A stretch of DNA of 20,000 bases from positions 113,272 through 133,271 of the forward strand of contig NW_014569546.1 in the NCBI RefSeq assembly GCF_000743755.1, written 5' to 3'. The notes beneath the pieces are model-generated. The model had not been told where the DNA came from. It was given only the letters and a program-made list of their open reading frames with translations, and made no database searches. Positions 10,564-20,000 of the stretch are shown here, piece by piece (within the stretch, counting starts at the first letter, position 1; the number at the start of each line of letters is the position of its first letter). A program made the position numbers and the translations under genes. Origin of the DNA: Blastocystis sp. subtype 4 (lineage: Eukaryota).

Positions 10564-13121
10564 ATGGATCAACGAAAGCAATATGAGTCCTTGTTTCCAG
10601 AGTACTCATTTGTCAACTTAGTTGGTCAGGGATCTTATGGAGATGTCTATTTTTGTATTCGTAAATCAGATAAGAAGAAAGTGGCAATAAAGGTGGTATG
10701 TGTCTGTCTCTTTACGTTTTCCATAGATTCGGAGTGTGAACGATAATATGGATGGAATATCGGTATCTACAATGAGAGAAATAGCATTCATGCGATATTG
10801 TCATCATCCTTGTTCTGTTAAACTTCTTGATGTATTGCCCCATTTTTGTATCTTTATATAATCCATTTTTTATATTTAGATTCGTCCAACAATATGGAGC
10901 AGTTATTCTCTCCCATGGCAATTGTTATGGATTATATTGAGAATGATCTTATGGGAATCGAACAGTCTTGTAGAGCGGGTTTCGTCCCTTGGCTCTCGAT
11001 TGATGCCATTCGTTGGATTATGTTTCAGTTGTTCTCTGTACTTGACTATCTTCATAAACACAATATTATCCATCGCGATATCAAATCAGCTAATCTTCTT
11101 CTTACAAAAGATTGTGACCTTAAACTTGGTGATTTTGGTTTATCTCGAAAAATTGGTAATTATATGATTAGTGAATATACATATCGAGTTGTCACCTTAT
11201 GGTATCGCTCTCCAGAATTGATTCTTGGTTGTCGTACATATGGTCCAGAAGTGGATATCTGGTCTGCTGGGTGTATATTAGGAGAATTACTGACTGGGAT
11301 CACACTATTTCACAATTACAAGAATGATGATAGGGAACAGTTGGATGTAATATTTCGTCGTTGTGGATGTCCCACAGACCCCAAACTCTTATCACTAATG
11401 AAGTGGGCATTATGAAATAGACTAATGTGCAGAGAACGTAATGTTGCTGTTCCAGTTCAGTACCAGCGAGAGATGCGTAAGTACGTCTACAATGCATGCA
11501 GAAATACGAAAGCAAATGCCCACTACGTTCTCCCTGACGATGCAGTAGACTTACTGGATAGGATTATGCAAACAACTCCATCAGCACGTCCCACAGCTGC
11601 AAAGATCCTTTGTCATCCATTCTTCCGAGATCATGAAGAAATGCACTTTGCATTTCCTGTGACAGAAGAAGGAGGAAGTCATGAATTTGAGGTACGAAGT
11701 CGAATTCGGCAGATTCAGGTATGATTTAAGGAGAGTTTGTGACATAGTCTGTGAAGATCAAGGAGGTGATGTTGACACGGCGAAAGAGTGAAATTAACCA
11801 GTGGATCTCCCTTCCTGATGTAGTTGATCTAACCTATGATGTGGAAGAAGAACAAGCTTCCGTATCCAAGCAAGCAGTTTTAGTTGACGAAGGAGTTTCA
11901 TCAAAGACCGTTTCATCTACAATGGGAGTTTCATCTGTAATAGAAGTTTCATCTCCAACACAATTACCAACTCCAGATCTGCGTCCGTTGATCAAACAAA
12001 TGACAACTGAACTCCAGGAATCGACAGAACATAGTTCTCATGAGACAAAGAGAAAGAATAAGACGAAGGGACGAAACCGAAGAATCAAACCCCGAGTATG
12101 TCGGAAGCGGAAGAAGGAGTCAAGTTCCACAGGAATGTTGTATGGTAAGAATGATGAGCTTGTTGGTAGTGAATTGGATGTTCAAAGTGATGATAGGGGT
12201 GAGGAATCGAATTCGGAGGATATGGTACCCAAGCAAAGGAATGAGAAAGAGAAGATAATTCTTCATGAGAAAGATCATTCTAATGAGACAGAAGCAGAAA
12301 TGCAGAACGAAGCCGTGGAGACAGTGAAGACCTCATCTCCTCCCCCTCAAGTCTCTCGACGCAATCGCTCTAAGCCATCACATAAAATACCGGCAGAAGA
12401 GGTGACACCTCCATCTAAACCAACCAAAGAGACGAATCGAGGCGTTACAGTAGTGAATTTGAACAAGAATGGGCAAACGATGGAAGTTGTAGTAGCCAGT
12501 GGAAAGAAACGAGCACCAAAGGAGATTGAATATTTGTACTCGATGCAGAGTCAGGAACTGGAGGAAAAGGAGAAACGTCGTTTGTTACGGGATGAACATA
12601 TGAGACGAATTGAGGAAAAACGATACAAAGCGATGTTAGCTGATGCAGAAAAAGAGAAGAAGAAGAAGGAAAAGAAGGAAAAGAAGGTAAAAAAGGAAAA
12701 GACGAAAAGCAGAAGAAAATTAACAGAGAAGAAGTCTGTACGGACTCAGGAAACAGAGATTCTGTCTCCTGTTGAGCCACTAATTCCGCTAAATGATCAA
12801 CCAGAACCTCATTCATTCATTCTTGCATCTCCTCAGAATGAGACAACGAATTCTCTAAATCCTTCTAATGGAGTGGATTCTTCATTGACACCTCATATTT
12901 CAGAGATGGTCCATCCATCAGGGCTTGTTCTTTCGAATATTCCTGACGACGGCTTCACTGAGTCATTTGTCCAGATTGCAAAAGAGATTCCTGTAATGAC
13001 TATGGAACAACCATTATTCACCATCTCACAACCTGAACGCAGTGAGTCGTTTCAAGACATTTGTACAGTGAATCCAGCAACAGTTCGTGCGCTCTCACCT
13101 TCTCGTTCACCTTCTGTCTAA
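10564..13121 (+). CDS. CDK9/CDK12-like (plant CDKC-like) cyclin-dependent kinase with a long, charged, low-complexity C-terminal extension; 5 exons
   Basis: VGQGSYGDVY, VAIK, GISVSTMREI (PITAIRE-like), HRDIKSANLL, DFGLSR, YTYRVVTLWYRSPELILG, DIWSAGCI and SHEFE. Four introns of about 30 nt join the ORF-track fragments; TAA at 13119-13121 is followed by TGTTTTT at 13124. Confidence 0.85.
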
Positions 13122-13448
13122 TGTGTTTTTATGTCTTTTAATATGTTAGTACTGCTGTGTTTACATTATTGAGGGTTCTTATGAAAGTTTGGAGGGAAAT
13201 AGATTATCGTCTCCAGTATGGGAAACTAATTCTTATTTACCTTAAAGTGTTTCTATTCGTGTAGTAGAGCAGTCTTAGTGATTTATATTACTTGACTTTG
13301 ACAATTGTGTTTCTTGACAAATCAAGTTCCTTAGGGGTTTTCTATATTCTCTTTTCATTATGGAATATTTTGCACTTAGTATAAAGAGTTATAATGATTG
13401 TGTTCCAGTACACGTTTACACAGTTTTTCTGTAAACGTTTAATTGATC

Positions 13449-15166
13449 ATGACAATCGATCCTGAAAATGGTTTTCATGTCGGTACTGTGCTTTCGTGCA
13501 TTATTGGTGTGACTGGGCAAACGGTGTATAATTGTCTTTTATTACCCTGTTTACCATTTTTAATCAAGTTCTATTATCCAGACGTATGTTCTATTTCTAA
13601 CACTTGACATGTAGATCGATTACAGTGATATTGGGTATTACTCTGGTTATCTTCTGTCCATGTACTATCTTGGACAGATTCCTGGGGCAATTTTCTGGGG
13701 ATGGTATGCTGATCAACATGGTAGACGACAAACAATGTTGCTCATTTCTCTTTGTAGGGAAACACCATTTATTCCACCTTAGTTAACATCGTTTGTATAA
13801 GTGCTTTGGGACTTAGTCGCAACTACTATCTAAGTCTAGTTATCCGTTTGGTGCATGGACTTACCGACGGCACCTTAAACGTAACAAAGACGATCATTAC
13901 CGAAATCTCAAATGATCGCAACATTTCGCTGGGTACATCCTTCATTTTCTTAGGAATTTCTGTGGGTCGTGTTGTCGGACCTCTGATGAGTGGATTCCTA
14001 ACAGATCCAACAGTGGTGAAACCCATTACTGACTTGATTCCATTTTTGAAGATAGTTGTTCTCTTATAATTCACTCACACATAGTCTCCATTTTTAATCC
14101 CGTTTGTAATTGCCGCTTTAGTCTTCGTTATTGTTTTTATCTTCTTTGTATTCTTTGCCGAAGAGTCTCTGTCACCAGAAGAGCAGGAAACTGCTCGTAA
14201 ATACAAAGAAGATATGAAGGTAATCAGAATTCGAAGGAATGAAAAGTAGAGAAGTCTAAGTGGAATTCTTCGTAAGAATCCTTTGGAGGGATATGACTCC
14301 CACGAGCAGTTGATATTGCAATATAGTAAATACTCCAGTTACAGTTCGATTTTGAAGGATCGGGATGTGTTGATGGCTGTGATTATCTATGGTATTCACA
14401 CATTTGCTCAAATGTCATTTGATGCTCTTATTCCCAACGTTTATGTAAACAAGCAAGAGTATGGAGGGTTTCAGTTCCCTGTCGATGCCATCGGGTGGAT
14501 TCAGATGACTGCTTTCCCGTTGTCGTTTGCTCCGAGTATGTGTAGAAATATCCTGTAATTGCTAGTGCTTCTCTGCCCGTTATGGAATCGAATCATGCCA
14601 TACCGAAAGGAGATGTTCGTTATGAATGTATTAGTTGTGTTGTGTTTCTGTATTTATCCGCTTGAGTCTCGTTTCAATAGTAGTAGTCCACTTGTATATT
14701 TCGATTGTGGTACGTAATATATATAGGTAGAGTTTAGTGCAGTGACCTTTTTCTATTGTCTATATTGTTCATTCCGACTAGTGCTGTTTAAGTGATAATC
14801 GAATGTATCTGTGATGCATAGTATTTCCATTGTCCTAGTTTCAAATACATCGTATAAAGAGTTTCGTGGCACTATTATGGGTCTTTCTCAGACAGTTGGT
14901 AGTCTCGGTCGATTCATTGTAAGGGATTTGGAATTGCATATATTCTAGGGTCCTACTCTCATTCCTCCTCTTTATGCGTGGAGTTGCCATAAGAATACGA
15001 TGTGGATTAACCATCGTCTTTCTTTCTATGTAATCACTTCAGGATGATTTTCAGAAATAGGCTATAGCTTTTATTGTTCTAATAAACTTCATTCCCATTA
15101 CCTATATTTCAGAAGCCAGTAATAAGGGAAGGGGTTCAATTCAAAGTACCGTTCAGCATACTCATT
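13449..15166 (+). CDS. Major facilitator superfamily transporter (ZIFL/DHA1-like), paralog 1; 10 exons; stop probably created by poly(A)
   Basis: IGYYSGYL, WGWYADQHGRR (MFS motif A), RLVHGL, multiple hydrophobic helices and RGTIMGLSQTVGSLGRFIGP; nine introns of 29-33 nt; ends T|CAAT-TGTTTGTT. Confidence 0.85.
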
Positions 15167-15170
15167 CAAT

Positions 15171-15178
15171 TGTTTGTT
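15171..15178 (+). terminator. TGTTTGTT element of MFS paralog 1
   Basis: Exact motif 4 nt after the in-frame T at 15166. Confidence 0.8.
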
Positions 15179-15354
15179 GATCACTTCATTATCGAACTTA
15201 GTAATTGTGTGCCAATTGCAACCTGCCAATTTGGAATAAGTCCCGTTACAGGAGAAACATCAGCACTTTTTTAAAGATTATACTTTAAGTCTGTAATCGA
15301 ATTTCTGTAAGTGTATTTGGTCTCTTATGAATGAGAAAAGAATCCTTCGACAAT

Positions 15355-17055
15355 ATGGTGTACGATAGTAAAGACGGCTTTCACATTGGAACACTCCTTT
15401 CGTGTACCCTGATGGCAGTGAATTGGTCATTGTTCTCTGCAATGATCTTCCCCAACATGCCTTTCTTGGTTCGGATGTATTATCCTGACGTACCAACTCG
15501 TTTGTATTCTGATGCATAGATATCCGATGAAAATGTTGGATCACTCGTTGGTATTCTTACGGCTTCTTTCTTTGTCGGTCAAATACCAGGCTCACTCTTT
15601 TGGGGACGATTAGGAGATACGATTGGAAGGAAAACTTCTATTGTGATTACGTTGATTGGTGATGTTTAACCGAGGGGCTTATTCCTAGTAAGTGCATTAT
15701 GTTTAGCTCTTTTCGGATTTTCAGATAATTATAGTCTAAGTGTGTGGATTCGATTTTTCCATGGTCTTCTTGATGGAGCAATTCCTTTAGGAAAGACAAT
15801 CCTTTCTGAGATCTCTAATGAAAAGAATATTGCATTTGGAACAAGTCAGTTCTTTGTGGGTAGTTCAGTTGGTGGGTCCGAGTTGATTGCTTCGTTAAAC
15901 TCTAGACTTGTTGGTCCTATTCTTTGTGGTTACCTCTCCAACCCAGATAATATTGCTCCCCTCATTCGAGTAGCTCCAATCTTCGGAAAGGTAATTTGAC
16001 AACATTGCATCTGATTAATAGCGTCCTTTCCTTTTTCCATTTTTGATTGCTGCTTCTTTATTAGTACTATCAGCACTTATGTTTGCCTTTTTCTCCATTG
16101 AAACTCTCACCGAAGAAGAGAGACTGAAGGCAAAACAGATGCGATCTCAGCTCAAAGTCTGACTTGAATCTTTCCATCAGCAATAGAGAGGGCTCAGTGG
16201 AATTATTCGTAAGCGAGAATCGCAACGCGATCTGGAGGAACGTCTTCTTGTGAGTTATCAAGAACAATCCTCACCTCGGTATCTATTCAGTCAATCGGAT
16301 TTCATGCGTGTTATGATCGTCTATGGCTGTATCTCTTTCATTCAGATGGCCTTCGATACTGTTGTACCTGTTGCCATGGCATCACCTCGTCGATTAGGAG
16401 GACTTGGACTTAACAGCGAAGGTATCGGTTTGATTGTGGGAATTTCATCACCTTATCAAATCGCTTTGGGTTGGGATCATTAGAGGACATGAATTATAGC
16501 CTTTCTGATGCCAGTTGTCAGTCGATTGTTCTTATATCGAACTCTCTTCGGTACGTTTTCGATTCTCTTTTCGGTTTTGATTCTTTGCTTCCCTTTGGTG
16601 CTTGCTATTCCTGAGCATATGACTGTGGTAGGGAAAATGAAGACTAGTTATGTAGGCTGTATATGCAGTTCTCACTTCCTTCATTATTGTCGAGAGTGTC
16701 ATGCGATCTATGTTACTTAAGTAGAGACTATTTGTGAAATACCATTATTAGTGTCGGTATTATCCTCTTTGCTAATCTGAGTTACAAAGAGGTACGTGCA
16801 ACCGTAATGGGAATTGGTCAGGTGATTGGAGGAATCTGTCGATGTTTAGGTCCCTTGTTGATTCCTGCACTCTATTCTTGGACATGTGGGAAACATAATT
16901 GGTTGATTAATTCCAACTTTACTTTCATTGTGAGTATCGAGAATGAGTCTGATGGGTAGTTGTTGGGTGTGTGTGGCTGTGGTTGTGCTCTTCTTATGAT
17001 TGGAGTTTCTCATGAAACCAATCAGGCAAAGGGTTCGTTAGTTGATGTGTGTTAA
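15355..17055 (+). CDS. MFS transporter (ZIFL/DHA1-like), tandem paralog 2; 10 exons
   Basis: MVYDSKDGFHIG aligns with paralog 1 MTIDPENGFHVG; WGRLGDTIGRK, RFFHGL, RATVMGIGQ; nine short introns; TAA at 17053-17055. An alternative in-frame ATG lies at 15331. Confidence 0.85.
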
Positions 17056-17105
17056 TTTATTGTGGGGATCGTGTTTATGCAGTCTTTGTGTACCTAACGA
17101 ACAAT

Positions 17106-18099
17106 TCACTGAAACAACTCCACTCGAAACATCCGATTCCAAAACTTTCCTGTAAGGTACAATTCATTCTTTTCTTCATCGTATGCAATTCCATTTAACA
17201 CTGCATTCGTTCTCGAATATGAATCGGAAGGAAGCTTTACAAGTCTTTCCAGATACGAAAAATCAATAAATCGCACCACTTTGCCATGCGTCCAGTCGAT
17301 CACAGCAATTCTACTGCTTCCCCACAGATTTGCTAAGAGATGTCCATGAACAAACTCCAACTCGTTGATCATTGTTAATGGTGATGAAGTAGACGGATCC
17401 TGTATACATTTACGTGATAACTCTTTCAGAGACTTTGCATCCCACACATGGATGAAGCAAGAACCATCACTAACAAATACCACACGTTGGCTTGAAGGAA
17501 GATAGCCTTCTGCTGCTCCCCAACCATCACCTGTACTTGTTGAATACAGGATTCGATGCTTTAGAAATAGTTTGTTCTTCTGAAGTGAATATACAAATCC
17601 TGTATGTTCCTTCCACGTTAATAGGAGTATAGTATTATCAATTCTGGCTATTCCTTCACCTATGCTTAATAATCCTAAACTACTATACCAAAATATTCAC
17701 CTGGGATCCGTTGTTTAGAAAATACTTTCTTCTTCTCCAGACTGTAGATCTGAATCATTGACCGATTGTATTCTCCACAACTCTCAATAAACACTTTTGA
17801 GTCTGCATCATACAAAAGTCCTTGTCTAGAATCCTCACTCTATCATTCCTCTTACGTAAAGCAGCTTGAATTATGATAGAGGATCTCTTTGATTCCATAT
17901 CCATAGCCTTTTGTTTGTCTCAGATGAATATACGACCGATCTTGAGATACTTGCCCATCTGCTAGAATCTCTGCCATATTGCCTTGATCATCATTTCTAT
18001 TCACTACACATAACAAGAATGTAGAAACTCTCCACAATTGTCCAAGGAACAACACAACAGAAAGATGAATCCAAGGATAGTCCAGCTCTTCAATATCAT
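17106..18099 (-). CDS. Secreted glutaminyl cyclase/glutamine cyclotransferase of the plant/bacterial beta-propeller type; 4 exons
   Basis: Signal-peptide-like MILKSWTILGFIFLLCCS; motifs FT|QGL, ESCG, F|GEGI, LTWK, GWG, SDGS, INELE, ANLW, NAVLNGIAYD and TGKFW; three short introns; TGTTCGTT at 17103-17096. Confidence 0.9.
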
Positions 18100-18118
18100 T
18101 TTTATAAATATCTCATAG

Positions 18119-18126
18119 AACAAACA
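18119..18126 (-). terminator. TGTTTGTT element of the PDI-like gene
   Basis: Exact motif 4 nt after the in-frame T at 18131. Confidence 0.8.
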
Positions 18127-18130
18127 AATG

Positions 18131-19878
18131 ACAATTCCTTCTCCTCATCTATCGTTACAGATTCCTTATTCTCCGCAGATTCCTCGTCCTCCACAGGATC
18201 CATATGTTCCTTAGCAAACTGGAAGATGGAGTCAATACTTGTATTGATTTCTGCTGGAATTGCTTCCTTCAATTAATACAAAACACAACACTCATTACGA
18301 CTATGGAAACACCCTTCCTAAACCACATTGCAAACACTTGTGGGTCTACGTTGATATTTGCCTATAGATAACACATTCAGCACGTTTAGACAGTAAAATC
18401 AGGATACTTGTCACCATCAATGTCAGCAAAGAATACTCCTTTTAATCCTTCATTTGCTGCATTTTCCTATCTTTTGAAGAACAGATAAATGAATTACATA
18501 AATAGGCCGATAGAAAGTACACATTCGACAAGAACTCGTATAGATCATTAGCATAACATTCCTCTCTCCATTAACAATGTAGTCAAAGTTCCATGGATCT
18601 AAATGAATCTATCTTAATAATATGCCACAACCCATACAACACAATGATCAGTAGAGATATTCTTGAACTGCTTGATAATATTCTGACGTGCACGCAATGT
18701 CCGATACTCCTTGCTATCAGCAGTGCGTATCTCCTTCAATGCATCCAACACCTCTTTCTTTTCATTTGTAAGCCCTTCCTCTCCTTCCGCTACTATCTTT
18801 CAATTAGATACAACAATAATTCAAACTTTCTTCATAATCGAGTAATACTTGCCTGCATTGTGGAATCGCTTTCTTAATCGAACTACCTTCTTCATTAGGC
18901 TCTTTCTCACATCAGCGTCTGTCTAGAATGAATATATCACCACATACTTACAGATTCCATAAACTGATGAGCAATCGAGTCTAACTCCTTTGAACGGCCA
19001 TACATCTCATTTAGACCACCAATTCCAGATACGTGGGCTCCGATATGACGATTCATGAAATCGGTAATCCGCTCACCTCGAAACGATTTCAATTCTTCAC
19101 CATCATACTCATTTCCCTCCGCAGGAAAGAATTTGAATTCCAAAACATTCTTAACTCCTCGTAAAGTACAGAATCGAGTCGCTTTTCCACAATTAAAGCG
19201 AGCAAACACAGCACGGTATTCATCATGGAATGCATAGGCATTACGGTAGAAATTGGAAACAACATAATGAGTTTGCTCATATGAAGGATCATAGAACATA
19301 ACCAACACATTTCGTTTTGAATTCTTCTGAAAATACTTTTCATAAGATTCTTTCGTCAATTCAATCACATAGTCAGGATAATGCTCAACCTGGGTAATTG
19401 TTGTTATCCAATCAGCCTAGATGATTTAAATAAGACGACTAATCATACGAGGCTTTCAGAATTCTCATAGTATCTTGGAAGGCGATTTCCATCTGTGAAC
19501 AAATAGAATTGTGGATATTCCGTGTCATCACTCACTTCAAACTCCTTGTCAAACTCAGGGAGCTCTCCAGCAATCGTTTCAAACACATAGAACTATCCAT
19601 CACTTATCCATATGATTTGTACGTTCTTTCGAAGCATGAAATTGTATATTGTCTTGTGTACATACCATCGGTCTTCCATACACGCTCTACAATTGTAGTT
19701 CTTAACGAATACAAGGATAGTAGCTCTCTCATCCATATAATACTCAAAGTCCTTCATTGTGAACTTACTAACACTTCTAAAACGGTGAACGATAAGCATC
19801 AGTTACGTACCCCTGGATAATCTCAGCACTACATAATATAGATAGTAATAAAAAGACTCTGATGATAATCTGCATCAT
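18131..19878 (-). CDS. Protein disulfide isomerase family protein: signal peptide, Trx (CRAC), Trx-like (no CxxC), ERp29C-like helical domain, Trx (CRMC), C-terminal EKEL; stop probably created by poly(A)
   Basis: MMQIIIRVFLLLSILCSA; VIELTKESYEK...RNVLVMFY; GGLNEMYGRSKELDSIAHQF...KYYSIMKKV...RARQNIIKQF (ERp29C/ERp38 D-domain pattern); VIHLDPWNFDYIVNGERNVMLMIYTSSCRMC; acidic tail ending DEEKEL; about nine short introns. Confidence 0.8.
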
Positions 19879-20000
19879 ACGTACAGGATTGTGCCTAAAT
19901 AAGAAAACAGGAGATAGATAGAATCGCGGGAATAGAGAGTATTCTTGTTCTCTACAATTATTCCTTGTCCATGCTGAACATCGTACGATCTGTGAAGAGT

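Noticed and set aside
10848..10879. CDK intron starting GTATCTTT as a possible U12 intron
   Set aside because: Imperfect donor, no TTCCTTRAC-like branch sequence, and a length (32 nt) typical of the U2 class here.
12640..12720. AAG/GAA-rich repeat-like tract
   Set aside because: It is Lys/Glu low-complexity coding sequence within the CDK tail, not a separate repeat element.
17046..17053. TGTGTGTT as the poly(A) element of MFS2
   Set aside because: The 4-nt rule would cut after a first-position G and leave no stop; the encoded TAA at 17053-17055 with a weaker downstream motif is more plausible.
19900..20000. Possible 3' end of another minus-strand gene (TGTTTTCT motif near 19905)
   Set aside because: Too short to determine frame or product.

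Overview
A very gene-dense eukaryotic nuclear region, most likely Blastocystis (a stramenopile gut protist). This is inferred from dozens of ~28-35 nt GT-AG introns, tiny intergenic spacers, and a TGTTTGTT-like element 4 nt downstream of nearly every gene end. Eleven protein genes were reconstructed by hand-splicing: an SH3 protein 3' end, VDAC/porin (-), intronless pyruvate carboxylase with a likely organelle presequence (+), a PH-CAMK kinase with two SH3b/MYCBP2-like repeats (+), S-adenosylhomocysteine hydrolase (+), TFIIH p34/Tfb4 (-), a CDK9/12-like kinase (+), two tandem ZIFL-like MFS transporters (+), a secreted plant/bacterial-type glutaminyl cyclase (-) and a PDI/ERp38-like protein (-). 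Main highlights: (1) stop codons apparently made by polyadenylation in at least four genes, including one where the cut exposes an ER-retrieval-like C-terminus (EKEL); (2) a 41-nt AT-AC U12-type intron in Tfb4; (3) a palindromic bidirectional 3'-end signal shared by SAHH and Tfb4; (4) unusual domain architectures in the kinase and the PDI. All exon structures and poly(A) sites are manual predictions with no transcript data.
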